The translations under genes were made by a program, and so were the position numbers. Below are positions 8,744 through 18,863 of a stretch of DNA of 64,000 nucleotides, piece by piece (position 1 is the stretch's first letter; each line of letters starts with the position of its first letter). This DNA comes from an uncultured delta proteobacterium. Its GTDB lineage: Bacteria > Desulfobacterota > Desulfuromonadia > Geobacterales > Geobacteraceae. The notes under the pieces were generated by a model. The model saw only the letters and a list, made by a program, of their open reading frames with translations, was not told the DNA's origin and ran no database searches. The stretch covers positions 131,026 to 195,025 of the forward strand of contig CAVQWZ010000025.1 of NCBI GenBank assembly GCA_963717775.1, read 5' to 3'.

Positions 8744-10018
8744 CTATCCGCGAAATGGTTCGAATGTCTGTGAAAGTAAAATTGACCGTGCTTCGCCCAC
8801 CACGAAAAGTGATCCGCAGACGAGGATTAGATCATCCGGTTCAGCTTTGTTGAATGCTGCTTCCAATCCCTTGGCAACACTGCCGGCTTCAATTGCCTGG
8901 TGACCGAGACCCCGGCAGTGAACTGCAAGTTCATGTGAGGTAAGGCCGCGCGGAACCGCAGGGCATACCGCAATTACTGAGTCGGCCGAAGGGAGGAGCG
9001 GCTCAAGGATCCCATTTGCGTCCTTGTCTCCGACAACGCCTGCTACCAGAATGAGCGCTCTCCGGGGGATATCAACTAAAGCCTCTGCCAGTGCCGTTGC
9101 TCCTGCCGGGTTGTGTGCGCCGTCGAGAAGAACACGGGGTGGACCGGTGAAAATTTCCATCCTTCCCGGCCAGGATGCGTTTGCCGCACCCGTTCGCACG
9201 GAGTCCTTGGTAAGAGACATTCCCTGCTGGTCCAATAATTCCGCAGCACAGATTGCCGTTGCGAGATTCATTGCCTGATAACGGCCTGGTATTCCCGGGT
9301 GCAGAGCGTTAAGTTTCCAATTGATACCGGAATAGGCCAGGCCGTCACTTTCCCAGGTGGCGATAAAGTCGCTTCCTTCCTGGTAAAGAGGGCTTTTCGT
9401 TCCCAGACAATGCTGACGGATTAACTCCCGTGCAGCGGGGGGCTGGGAAGAACTGACCACCGGGCGTCCTGCTTTGATGACACCGGCTTTTTCGCGAGCA
9501 ATCATGCTAATGGTGTCGCCGAGGTATTGAGAGTGGTCAAAGGCTATCGGGGTGATGATCGAAAGGATGCCTGATGCGACATTCGTTGCATCGAAGCGTC
9601 CGCCCATGCCGACTTCCATCACCGCAGCTCCCACCCCCTGTTCGGCAAAGTGGAGATAGGCCATGGCGGTGACAATCTCAAAAAAAGTGGTTCCTTCCGG
9701 AGCAACGGAGAGTACCTGCTCAGCTAGAGAAACCACCTCTTTTTCAGAAATATCCCTGCCGTTAATGCGAATCCGCTCCGTGAATGCGACTAGGTGCGGA
9801 GACGTGAACAGCCCGACCTTGTGACCTCCCGACCTGAGAATCGAAGACAGGAAGGCCGCTGTCGATCCTTTGCCGTTGGTCCCGGCCACATGGATAGTCT
9901 GCAGGGCATCTTGAGGGTCAGAAAGGGCGCGCAGTGTGGCTCGAATCCGTTCAAGTCCGGGTTTCATGCCGAAACGGACCAGTCCGTAGATGTGGGACAT
10001 CGTTTCCTGATAGGTCAT
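8744..10018 (-). CDS. folC: bifunctional folylpolyglutamate synthase/dihydrofolate synthase
   Basis: 424 aa. HVAGTNGKGST P-loop and Mur-ligase-like layout. The conserved accD-folC gene order. Confidence 0.9.
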   Translation of the reverse strand: MTYQETMSHIYGLVRFGMKPGLERIRATLRALSDPQDALQTIHVAGTNGKGSTAAFLSSILRSGGHKVGLFTSPHLVAFTERIRINGRDISEKEVVSLAEQVLSVAPEGTTFFEIVTAMAYLHFAEQGVGAAVMEVGMGGRFDATNVASGILSIITPIAFDHSQYLGDTISMIAREKAGVIKAGRPVVSSSQPPAARELIRQHCLGTKSPLYQEGSDFIATWESDGLAYSGINWKLNALHPGIPGRYQAMNLATAICAAELLDQQGMSLTKDSVRTGAANASWPGRMEIFTGPPRVLLDGAHNPAGATALAEALVDIPRRALILVAGVVGDKDANGILEPLLPSADSVIAVCPAVPRGLTSHELAVHCRGLGHQAIEAGSVAKGLEAAFNKAEPDDLILVCGSLFVVGEARSILLSQTFEPFRG

Positions 10019-10047
10019 GGTGAATGAGACGGCGTGCTGCCCGCTTC

Positions 10048-10929
10048 TCAGCTACGGGAAGCTTTTCCTGCTTTTGCCGGTGCTGGCCGGTAGAGCATGT
10101 TCACGACCTGGGAAAGTTGTTCTCTCATATCCTTCCTCGGAACAATCAGGTCTACCATGCCGTGTTCCAGGAGATACTCGGCACGCTGGAAACCCTCGGG
10201 CAGCTTCTGTCTGATGGTCTGCTCGATGACCCGGGGGCCGGCAAATCCGATCAGGGCCTTGGGCTCAGCCATGATTATATCGCCGAGCATGGCAAAACTC
10301 GCGGTTACACCGCCGGTGGTCGGATCGGTGAGCACCGAAATATAGGGCAGCCCCGCTTCACGGAGGCGGGCAAGAGCCGCGGATGTCTTCACCATCTGCA
10401 TGAGAGAGATGATACTCTCCTGCATCCGTGCGCCTCCCGATGAGGAAAAGACCACGGCCGGAGTCTGCCGTTCAATGGCTCTCTCAATGACCCTGGTAAT
10501 CTTTTCTCCAACCACGCTCCCCATGCTTCCGCCCATGAAGGTGAATTCAAATACGGCAACCTGGACGGGAGTGCCATCGAGCATGCCCTCGCCACAGACC
10601 ACGGCCTCTTTGCCGGGTCCTTTCTTCATGGCTGCCTGGATTCTGTCCTGATAGCTCTTCGTGTCCTGGAACTCAAGAAAGTCGATTGATTCCAGGTCAC
10701 GATCAAACTCGGTGAAGGTGTCCAGATCAAGGATAAGGTCGAGACGCTCTTTGGCGGGGATACGGAAATGATAGTCGCACTTAGGGCAGACGTTGAGATT
10801 TTTCTCCACCTCTTTCGTATAAATAATCTCACTACAACTCTTGCATTTCGTCCAGAGCCCCTCGGGAACCCGGACCTTTTTTTCATCGTTTGGTACAATT
10901 GGTGCTTTTTCTCGTGAAAACCAGCCCAT
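10048..10929 (-). CDS. accD: acetyl-CoA carboxylase carboxyltransferase beta subunit
   Basis: Start moved to the ATG at 10929 (MGWFSREK...). Zn-ribbon CKSCSEIIY...CPKCDYH and FMGGSMGSVVGEK. The 42-codon upstream extension in the ORF track has no homology-like features. Confidence 0.93.
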   Translation of the reverse strand: MGWFSREKAPIVPNDEKKVRVPEGLWTKCKSCSEIIYTKEVEKNLNVCPKCDYHFRIPAKERLDLILDLDTFTEFDRDLESIDFLEFQDTKSYQDRIQAAMKKGPGKEAVVCGEGMLDGTPVQVAVFEFTFMGGSMGSVVGEKITRVIERAIERQTPAVVFSSSGGARMQESIISLMQMVKTSAALARLREAGLPYISVLTDPTTGGVTASFAMLGDIIMAEPKALIGFAGPRVIEQTIRQKLPEGFQRAEYLLEHGMVDLIVPRKDMREQLSQVVNMLYRPAPAKAGKASRS

Positions 10930-11113
10930 AGTTATGCCTCGTAAATGTAAAGTTCCCGTGCTGCGTACCGTGGCGGCTTCCGCAGTTGACGGTTGGCATT
11001 TCTCCTGCTGATGAACTGCCTGCCGAGAATGCCGGAAAAGTGATAAGGTTGCCACGGTACCATGATGGTGTGGAAAAAGGAAAGTGAAAAGGGCGGGGCA
11101 GCCGCGGTTTTAC

Positions 11114-11929
11114 TCAGTTTCCTGAGGTAACGGTACGAATGCCTTCCTTGAGGGAAGAGACGAATTCCCGAACCTTGTCCTGTAATTCCCTGCCTCGGTA
11201 TTCCTCAAACAGCTTTACCAGGGCACTGCCTACTACCACACCATCCCCGAGCGCTGCAACGGTCCCGGCCTGGGTGGCGTCGGAAATGCCGAAGCCGACG
11301 ACCAGAGGCATGTCGGTTGCGTTCCGGATGCTTTTCAATTCTTCAGCCAGCGTTGCCGAGATGTCCTTTCTTGCGCCTGTTACGCCGGTGACCGACACAT
11401 AGTACAGAAAGCCTCTGCCACGTTTTACTACTTTCGCAATGCGTCCGGCGTCGGAGGTCGGGGTCAGCAGGAAGATACTATCCAGGCCGCCTTTTCGGGC
11501 AAGTGCTGAGAAACCTTCTGCGTCAGACTCTTCCGGAGGAAGGTCCACCAGGATAATGCCGTCCACTCCGGCGTCGACAGCGTCAGCGACAAAACGCTCC
11601 AAACCGTAGAAAAAGACCGGATTGTAGTATCCCATGAGTACCAGCGGAATTTCGGATGTTTTTCTCACCGAACGGACCATTTCCAGGATTTTTGGCAACG
11701 TTGTTCCGCCGCTGAGAGCCCGCTCGGAAGACAGCTGGATGGTCGGCCCATCAGCCATCGGGTCTGAGAAGGGAATACCGAGTTCGATGATATCAGCGCC
11801 GGCGCTTTCCAGTTCGCGGATAATGTCGGTGGTGGTTTCCAGGTCGGGATCTCCGGCCGTGATAAAGGTTACGAGAGCCTTCTCGTTCTTCCTGCGCAAT
11901 TTTCTAAAGGTTTCGGCAAGTCTGCCCAT
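11114..11929 (-). CDS. trpA: tryptophan synthase alpha chain
   Basis: 271 aa. [28 protein letters not shown] and GFGIS motifs. Confidence 0.95.
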   Translation of the reverse strand: MGRLAETFRKLRRKNEKALVTFITAGDPDLETTTDIIRELESAGADIIELGIPFSDPMADGPTIQLSSERALSGGTTLPKILEMVRSVRKTSEIPLVLMGYYNPVFFYGLERFVADAVDAGVDGIILVDLPPEESDAEGFSALARKGGLDSIFLLTPTSDAGRIAKVVKRGRGFLYYVSVTGVTGARKDISATLAEELKSIRNATDMPLVVGFGISDATQAGTVAALGDGVVVGSALVKLFEEYRGRELQDKVREFVSSLKEGIRTVTSGN

Positions 11930-11934
11930 GGTCT

Positions 11935-14100
11935 TTACCTGTGTTCTTTCAGTGAGAAGGTGCTTATTTCCTTTTTTAAAACCTCAACCTGCTGAAAGAG
12001 GCCGTTAACCGCTTTTTCCATGGTACCGGCCGCACTCAGATTTTCGTGGGTTGAGGTCTGTATGTCTCCAACGGCAATTACAATCTGCTCGCTACCGCGC
12101 GATTGCTCATCGCAGGCACGTTTTATCTGCTGGATCATGCTGGTAATATTTTCGGTGGATCCGGCGATAAGGGAGCCGACTTTGCTCTGTTCCCGCGTCG
12201 AAGAGCGAACCTGCGACGTAAGTACTTTCATCCGCTCAACGGCCGTCGTGATTAATTCACTTCCCTTGTTTTGCTGCTGAGTGGCATTTGCGATCTGCAT
12301 GATCATGTCGGTGACCTGCTCCATTGCTTCCCTGATCATCAAGCTGCCTTTGGCCTGCTCGGCAGCTGCACGTGCAATTTCACCCACCTGTTCAGATGCC
12401 ATTTCGACGCCTGAGACTATTTTACCCAAGGCAACTCCCGATTTTTGAGACAGGAGTTCGCCATCGGCAATACTCTTCTCTGCAAGGTTTATGGCATCGA
12501 CGGCACGCCGTGTTTCTATCTGAACACCCTGGATCAGGTCTTCTATTTCACGAGTCGAGCTGCTGGTCCTGTCAGCCAGTTCTTTGATTTCGTCCGCCAC
12601 CACTGCGAAGCCTTTGCCTTGCTCTCCCGCCTGTGCGGCAATGATTGCAGCATTCAGTGCAAGAAGATTTGTCTGTTCGGCAACTTCGTTGATTACCGAG
12701 AGAATTGTGCCGATATCGCTTGCCTTTTCCGAGAGGGTGACGATTACTTCGTGGGTTATGTGGGAGGAACGCTTGATCTCCTGCATGCCCTTGATGGTTG
12801 CTTCAACCGAAATTTTCCCCGTTTCGGCGTCGCGTCGGACCTCTTCGGAAATTGCGGTCGTGTCAAGGGCGCTCTTTTCCACCTGGCGGATCGAACTGTC
12901 CATCTGGATAACTGACGAGGCGGTAACGGTCGAAGAGTCGATGAGGCCGTTGACACTGTCGTTGATGTGCTTGATTGCAGCGGCCATCTCGATGATGGAA
13001 GAACTGACATCATCTACCGATTGTGCCAGATTTTCCACGTTCAGGGCAACTTCCTCAACGCTGGCTGCCATTTCCAGCACCGAGGATGAGTTTTCCGAGG
13101 CAGAGAGGGAGAGACCATCGATGCCGTGGGAAACTTCCTTGATGGATGCGTTTATCTCCGCGACTGCCGATGAGGTTTCTTCAACACGGGTGTTTGATTG
13201 TTCAGCACCGCTGAGAACTTTATTGGATGCGTCGGAAAGGGTTCGGGAGATACGGGAGAGTTCCCCCGAGGAAACATCTACCTTCGAAACCATTTCGTGG
13301 AGCATAGTGACCAGCTGATTGAGTGACCTGGCAAGGTCGCCGATTTCATCCTCTCTCTCGATGGTAAGCCTGTCGGACAGGTTACCTTCACTGACCACTG
13401 CATTGGCAAATTCGGCCTCTTTGGAAATGGCGCGGACAATTGACATTGCGACGGAGCCTGCGATCAGGAGAAGCAGAAGAAATAGTCCACCACCAACGCC
13501 GAATCCCATGATAACGGTCTTGTTGACATACGCAGTTTCCTGAGACTCATTAGTGGCAGCTTCCGTACGAAGTGTATCGATCAGGGTGTCCAGGTTCGCT
13601 GATATCCGATCGAATCGGGAAGCCATGGGACCGGTGGCCAGTTCTTGCAGCCGAGCCCGGTCTCCCGCGGGAACGATCTCTTCCTGAACGATAACTGCCA
13701 ACTCATTCCAGGTTTTTCTGGCTTCAGCTAACTTTGCTTTCGCCTCCGGGGAGGAAATGTTGTTGGATAGTGCTGAGAATTCGGTCGGAATATTTGAGGT
13801 AATAGCGGTAACACTGGCAATGCCTGTTTGGGTCTTTTCGCTGCTGGAGTTTTCATCTAACTCCTGGAGTGTGGAGCGAAGCTTCACTATATCTGCTTTC
13901 AGGAGCAGACTTCCAGCAAGTGTGTCCCGCGTGAGGATTATTTTCTGATAGCTGTCGCTGCCGATCCTGACCCTGGTGAGGGTCTGGAAAACAGTCAGGG
14001 TTATAAGCAGGGAGCCGATGAGCATTACGGTCATCAAGAGGAGCAGCTTTGTGCGCAGGCGCATTGTGCTGAAGATCTTCGTAAAATCAGCAAAACCCAT
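11935..14100 (-). CDS. methyl-accepting chemotaxis protein (2 TM, HAMP, long signalling domain)
   Basis: 721 aa. N-terminal TM, second TM, HAMP ([13 protein letters not shown]). Highly conserved hairpin-tip region [35 protein letters not shown]. The cytoplasmic part of about 430 aa is longer than common MCP classes. Confidence 0.9.
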   Translation of the reverse strand: MGFADFTKIFSTMRLRTKLLLLMTVMLIGSLLITLTVFQTLTRVRIGSDSYQKIILTRDTLAGSLLLKADIVKLRSTLQELDENSSSEKTQTGIASVTAITSNIPTEFSALSNNISSPEAKAKLAEARKTWNELAVIVQEEIVPAGDRARLQELATGPMASRFDRISANLDTLIDTLRTEAATNESQETAYVNKTVIMGFGVGGGLFLLLLLIAGSVAMSIVRAISKEAEFANAVVSEGNLSDRLTIEREDEIGDLARSLNQLVTMLHEMVSKVDVSSGELSRISRTLSDASNKVLSGAEQSNTRVEETSSAVAEINASIKEVSHGIDGLSLSASENSSSVLEMAASVEEVALNVENLAQSVDDVSSSIIEMAAAIKHINDSVNGLIDSSTVTASSVIQMDSSIRQVEKSALDTTAISEEVRRDAETGKISVEATIKGMQEIKRSSHITHEVIVTLSEKASDIGTILSVINEVAEQTNLLALNAAIIAAQAGEQGKGFAVVADEIKELADRTSSSTREIEDLIQGVQIETRRAVDAINLAEKSIADGELLSQKSGVALGKIVSGVEMASEQVGEIARAAAEQAKGSLMIREAMEQVTDMIMQIANATQQQNKGSELITTAVERMKVLTSQVRSSTREQSKVGSLIAGSTENITSMIQQIKRACDEQSRGSEQIVIAVGDIQTSTHENLSAAGTMEKAVNGLFQQVEVLKKEISTFSLKEHR

Positions 14101-14426
14101 CGTTTTTCCCTCCGCGGTTCCCGATTATAGTCGGGACCGAGTACGTCATTACCTGCAGGCGGTCCGCTCCTATTCCTGACGCGGAGAACCGGTAGCGGAT
14201 GTGTCAAAAGCTATGAAAACTTGTGCACTTGTAGCACCAGACGGCATTTTTTTCAAGGTAAAAACGTGACGAAATCTCCGAAAGGAAGCGTACAAGCAGC
14301 TTCCCCGTTCTTCTGAAGTCATTCAAAGAGAGCCAGGCAACGCGCAGGTCGGATAGAGTTTTCTCCTTCTGCCGGCTAGGGCTCCCGGAATCTTTTTAAA
14401 ATATGAATTATTTCATGTCTTTCTTC

Positions 14427-14454
14427 TTGACAGAAAATAGCGACAAGCTACAAT
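14427..14454 (+). promoter_or_regulatory. candidate sigma-70 promoter for resB-ccsA
   Basis: TTGACA (14427-14432), 16-nt spacer, TACAAT (14449-14454). About 58 nt upstream of the resB start. Confidence 0.45.
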
Positions 14455-14511
14455 AAGCTGCTTCATGGAGCGGCGGAGATACACCACATAAGATTATCAT
14501 GTGCTTGTGTC

Positions 14512-15903
14512 ATGCTTTCTGAAACAAGTTTTTATCCGGGAGATCTATCCTTGAAAAATCAAACTAGCGATTTTGGCACGTCCTTGTGGCGCTTCTTTTC
14601 TTCTCTGAAGCTCACTATTTTTCTCCTGATTGGCTTGGCTGTGGTGTCGGTTATCGGAACGATTATCCCCCAGGGAAATCCTCCACCGGTAGAGTATCTA
14701 CAGGCCATATCTCAGGCGAAATACGAATTGTACGGCAAGTTGGGTTTCTTTAACATGTACCATTCCTGGTGGTTTGTTCTGCTACTCTATCTGCTCACCT
14801 TGAATCTTGTCGCATGCTCCCTTCGCCGACTTCCCCATGACTGGAAGCTTCTCAACGAACATGTCCCCGTACTCGATGAGCAGAAGGAAAAATCATTAGC
14901 GAACGTTCAGTCATGGAAAGTGTCGCAGAGCGCGGGAAAACTTAAAGCTTCTGTTGCTGATATTCTCGGACGAAGTTTTACCGCTCCTGTTGTCACAAAG
15001 GTCAACGACGAATACCATTTTTTCGCCCAGAAAGGCCGTTTCAGTCGCCTTGGGGTCTATATCCTCCATTTCAGCATCATCATTATCTTTATTGGAGCCA
15101 TGATCGGGTCCTTTTTTGGCTACAAGGGCTTCGTGCAGATTGCTGAGGGAGATGCCGTTACTACGGCGTCAACCACGACGGGGAAGATCATTGATCTCGG
15201 CTTTGCAGTGCGCTGCGACTCTTTTTCACTTACCCTCTACGATACGGGCGCACCGAAAGAGTATCGGAGCGTCCTCAGTGTCATCGACAACGGCACTACC
15301 GTTATCGACAAGCAAGCGGTCATTGTCAACTCCCCCCTGACCTATCGTGGGATTACCTTTTACCAGTCCAGTTACAGCCAAGAGGGCAATCCCTCTTTCC
15401 ACTTTGCGATTCGTGACCGCAAAACTGGTACAGAAACCCAGTTAACGGTTACCGGAGATCAGCCGCTAACGCTCCCCGACGGAGAGACCCTGACCGTGCT
15501 CGGTTTTGCTCCGGATGTCGGCAGTATCTACCCGGGGTTTTCCGGTCCAGCCGTGCAGGTGCAGTTGCACGGGAAAAGCGCAGCTACGGAACCCTTTGCG
15601 TTGCTGGAGAAGTATCCGGCCTTCAATGCCGACAAGGGTGGCGCGTATGTATTCACCTTTGCGGGAATTGACCAGAAGTGGAGCACCGGCCTTCAGGTCA
15701 CCAAGGATCCGGGTGTCTGGGTTGTCTGGCTTGGTTGTTTTCTGCTGGTGTCAGGGATATTTGTTTCCTTTTTTCTCTCGCATCGGCGGATCTGGGTCCG
15801 TCTCAGCAGTGGGCGTATCGTAGTGGCGGGAAGCACCAGCAAGAACCAGGCTGCGTTCCGCACTTCCTTTGATGAAATTGTAGATAAACTGAAAAATATT
15901 TAG
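14512..15903 (+). CDS. resB: system II cytochrome c biogenesis protein ResB/Ccs1
   Basis: 463 aa. N-terminal FFSSLKLTIFLL...GTIIPQG signature, large periplasmic loop and C-terminal TM. Followed by ccsA. Confidence 0.85.
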   Translation: MLSETSFYPGDLSLKNQTSDFGTSLWRFFSSLKLTIFLLIGLAVVSVIGTIIPQGNPPPVEYLQAISQAKYELYGKLGFFNMYHSWWFVLLLYLLTLNLVACSLRRLPHDWKLLNEHVPVLDEQKEKSLANVQSWKVSQSAGKLKASVADILGRSFTAPVVTKVNDEYHFFAQKGRFSRLGVYILHFSIIIIFIGAMIGSFFGYKGFVQIAEGDAVTTASTTTGKIIDLGFAVRCDSFSLTLYDTGAPKEYRSVLSVIDNGTTVIDKQAVIVNSPLTYRGITFYQSSYSQEGNPSFHFAIRDRKTGTETQLTVTGDQPLTLPDGETLTVLGFAPDVGSIYPGFSGPAVQVQLHGKSAATEPFALLEKYPAFNADKGGAYVFTFAGIDQKWSTGLQVTKDPGVWVVWLGCFLLVSGIFVSFFLSHRRIWVRLSSGRIVVAGSTSKNQAAFRTSFDEIVDKLKNI

Positions 15904-15913
15904 TTTCGGAGGT

Positions 15914-16777
15914 ATGCGGATGTCCAGTTCTCTCCTCTTCAATATTGCAACACTTTCCTACTTTGTGGCAACGGTGATATTTTTTGCCTTCCTTGCCAGC
16001 AAAAACAGGACTATTGGTCTTGCCGGCACAATTGCCTCTTTAATCGGCTTTCTTGTCCAGACCGTTGCCTTCTTCCTTCGCTGGAAAGAATCGTATGATA
16101 TTGGCCATGGCCATGCGCCCCTCTCGAACCTTTACGAATCGGTGGTGTTTTTTGCCTGGACCATTGTCCTGATTTTTCTCCTCATTGATGCGAAGTATCG
16201 CTACCGGGCGGTTGGTGCGTTCGTGCTTCCCTTTGCCCTGCTGGGGATGGCCTGGGCCCAGTTGATGGTTGAATCGCAGAAAGAAATACAGCCTTTGGTG
16301 CCGGCTCTCCAGAGCAACTGGCTCCTGTATCACGTGGTTACCTGCTTCCTTGGCTATGCGGCCTTTGCGGTGGCCTGTGGTGTTTCCATTATGTACCTTA
16401 TCAAGGCGAGGCAGGAAGTCTCTGACGGAAAATCGCCCGCAGGGGGGATACTCTCCCTCTTCCCCTCCTCGAAAATCCTTGACGATCTCAATTACCGGGC
16501 CATCATGGTCGGTTTTCCCCTCCTTACTCTGGGGATTATTACCGGTGCAGCTTGGGCTAATTATGCCTGGGGCTCCTACTGGAGTTGGGATCCAAAGGAA
16601 ACCTGGTCCCTGATAGTCTGGTTTATCTATGCCGCATTCCTCCATGCCCGGATTACCCGGGGTTGGGTTGGTAAGCGTGCCGCAATTCTTTCCATAGTAG
16701 GTTTTGCTGCAACGATTTTTTGTTATCTGGGTGTGAACCTGTTCCTTTCCGGCTTGCATAGCTATGGGGGAGGGTAA
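15914..16777 (+). CDS. ccsA: cytochrome c-type biogenesis protein CcsA/ResC
   Basis: 287 aa polytopic. Tryptophan-rich WWD-type heme-handling motif WANYAWGSYWSWDPKETWSL. Confidence 0.88.
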   Translation: MRMSSSLLFNIATLSYFVATVIFFAFLASKNRTIGLAGTIASLIGFLVQTVAFFLRWKESYDIGHGHAPLSNLYESVVFFAWTIVLIFLLIDAKYRYRAVGAFVLPFALLGMAWAQLMVESQKEIQPLVPALQSNWLLYHVVTCFLGYAAFAVACGVSIMYLIKARQEVSDGKSPAGGILSLFPSSKILDDLNYRAIMVGFPLLTLGIITGAAWANYAWGSYWSWDPKETWSLIVWFIYAAFLHARITRGWVGKRAAILSIVGFAATIFCYLGVNLFLSGLHSYGGG

Positions 16778-16807
16778 CGCCGGACGAAACTAGGACGGCG
16801 CGGTTTG

Positions 16808-17776
16808 ATGGAATATCCTGCGGTTTCAATAATAATTCCGGTCAAACCGGGAGGGTTGGTACGTGCCCTTAACGGGTTGCGGAACGTCGAATATCCTGAA
16901 GGATTGTTTGAGGTGCTTGTCTCTGAGGGGACCTGTCCCAGCCGCCAACGAAATCTGGCAGCCAGGGGGGCGCGGGGACAGATCCTGTATTTTCTCGATG
17001 ACGACTCCCTTGTTTCCCCCGATTTCTTGCGGAAGGCTGTTCACCACTACGGAAAGGACACTGTCGCCGTGGTCGGGGGGCCTTCCCTCACTCCGGAGGG
17101 AGATTCGTCACTTCGGCAGGCCTTTGGACTCGCGCTGTCTTCCCCATTCGGCGCTGGAAGTGTCTGTAACCGCTATCGCCGGCACGGCGTCTGCCGGGAG
17201 ACTGGGGATCACGAACTTATCCTTTGCAACCTTAGTATCTCAGCCTCCGCTTTTAGCGAGGCTGACGGTTTCGACGAACGTCTCTATCCCAATGAGGAAA
17301 ACGAGCTGTTGGTGAGGCTTCGCAGGTCGGGGTTGAAACTTCTCCATGATCCCGAACTGGCAGTTTACCGCAGTCAACGTTCTACCATTGGTGCCTTTGT
17401 CCGCCAGTTGTTCGGTTACGGCCGAGGGAGGGCCCAACAGATTCTTCTGGGTGGTGGGAGCGGTGTCGCAACCTTTGTCCCGGTCATTTTCCTGCTCTAC
17501 ATCCTGAGCCTGCCTTTTCTCCATCTCCCTGTGTACTATCTGCCGCTTTTGTGCTACCTAGTGATGACTCTTTTGGGTGCTCTTCACTCTGCCATCACGA
17601 GTGGGAAAACAGGTCCCGCATTCTTTCTTCCGCTGCTTTTTCCCGTCCTCCACCTTTCCTATGGCGCCGGTTTGCTGTACGGTCTCGCTGTGTACGGTGC
17701 CGGGAAGAGGGTGCGGCCAACCGGAGAGGTGACTGTGAAGCGGATAAAGCCTTTTGGCAACGGACGCGACTGGTAA
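16808..17776 (+). CDS. family 2 glycosyltransferase with C-terminal membrane region
   Basis: VSIIIPVKPGG...YFLDDDS (DxD) GT-A fold signature. Hydrophobic C-terminal third. Confidence 0.75.
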   Translation: MEYPAVSIIIPVKPGGLVRALNGLRNVEYPEGLFEVLVSEGTCPSRQRNLAARGARGQILYFLDDDSLVSPDFLRKAVHHYGKDTVAVVGGPSLTPEGDSSLRQAFGLALSSPFGAGSVCNRYRRHGVCRETGDHELILCNLSISASAFSEADGFDERLYPNEENELLVRLRRSGLKLLHDPELAVYRSQRSTIGAFVRQLFGYGRGRAQQILLGGGSGVATFVPVIFLLYILSLPFLHLPVYYLPLLCYLVMTLLGALHSAITSGKTGPAFFLPLLFPVLHLSYGAGLLYGLAVYGAGKRVRPTGEVTVKRIKPFGNGRDW

Positions 17777-17892
17777 ATATTTTACCGATGTTTGCTGCAA
17801 TGATCGTACTTTTTTAAGAGTTTCGGTTCACGCTGGAAAGGTGGGGGTATCCCCGGCTTTTCCCTGACCCTTTGTAAGAAAGGTGGTAGTAC

Positions 17893-18840
17893 TTGGATCT
17901 GAGTATCGTAGTTCCGATTTTCAATGAGGAAGAGAATATCTCCGCCCTTCATCGAGAAGTTGTGGCGGCATTGGAAAAGAGTGAGATAGAGTATGAACTC
18001 ATCCTGGTTGATGACGGCTCGACGGACGCTTCGCTTCGCTTTCTCCGCGAGATTGCAGCAGGAGACAAGCGAGTCAAGGTGATCAGCTTTCGGCGTAACT
18101 TCGGCCAGACAGCCGCGATGGCGGCCGGCTTTGATGCGGCTTCCGGCAGGATTGTCGTCCCAATGGATGGTGATTTGCAGAACGATCCAGCCGACATTCC
18201 AAAACTTCTGGCAAAAATTGACGAAGGGTTCGATGTGGTTTCCGGCTGGCGCAAAGACAGGAAGGACTCTTTCCTCAACCGGACCTTACCTTCTATCCTG
18301 GCAAACAGTTTCATCTCCCGGATGACCGGGATCCGGCTCCATGATTACGGATGCACCCTGAAGGCCTATCGCCGGGAAGTTCTGGACGGGATCAATCTCT
18401 ATGGTGAGATGCATCGTTTTGTCCCGGCCCTGGTATCTCAGTTTGGAGCCCTGGTGACCGAAATCCCCGTTGGACACCGCCCGCGACTTTACGGGACGAG
18501 TAAATACGGTATTTCCCGAACCATGCGTGTGATACTGGACCTGTTAACGGTAAAATTCCTCCTCAACTATTCTACCCGGCCGATCCAGCTTTTTGGTCGG
18601 CTCGGCATCTACACCTTATTCGCCTCGCTCATTACCGGCGGGGCTACGGTCTATATGAAATTCCTCCAGAACACCAGCATGAATCGGAATCCGTTGTTGC
18701 TCCTTACTGCCTTTCTCGTCTTCATGGGCGTCCAGTTCATCGTCCTGGGACTTCTCGGAGAAGTGAACGCCCGGACCTACTATGAGGCGCAGGGGAAGCC
18801 GATTTATGTGGTGAAGGAAAAGATCAATCTCGATTCCTGA
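17893..18840 (+). CDS. family 2 glycosyltransferase, polyprenyl-phosphate sugar transferase type (GtrB/ArnC/DPM1-like)
   Basis: 315 aa. LSIVVPIFNEEENI, LILVDDGSTD, FGQTAAMAAG, MDGDLQNDP and two C-terminal TMs. TTG start with RBS AAGGTGG. Confidence 0.85.
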   Translation: MDLSIVVPIFNEEENISALHREVVAALEKSEIEYELILVDDGSTDASLRFLREIAAGDKRVKVISFRRNFGQTAAMAAGFDAASGRIVVPMDGDLQNDPADIPKLLAKIDEGFDVVSGWRKDRKDSFLNRTLPSILANSFISRMTGIRLHDYGCTLKAYRREVLDGINLYGEMHRFVPALVSQFGALVTEIPVGHRPRLYGTSKYGISRTMRVILDLLTVKFLLNYSTRPIQLFGRLGIYTLFASLITGGATVYMKFLQNTSMNRNPLLLLTAFLVFMGVQFIVLGLLGEVNARTYYEAQGKPIYVVKEKINLDS

Positions 18841-18863
18841 GATGAAAGTTCAGGAGACCAGCC

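Noticed and set aside
10930-11055. N-terminal extensions suggested by the ORF track: accD to 11055, the TolC-family gene to 58902, the DinB gene from 49051, the SMR gene to 47165, queH from 40728.
   Set aside because: The extensions lack homology-like sequence. Internal ATGs coincide with canonical family N-termini or signal peptides and better RBSs. For the SMR gene, the extension would run through the two riboswitch hairpins.
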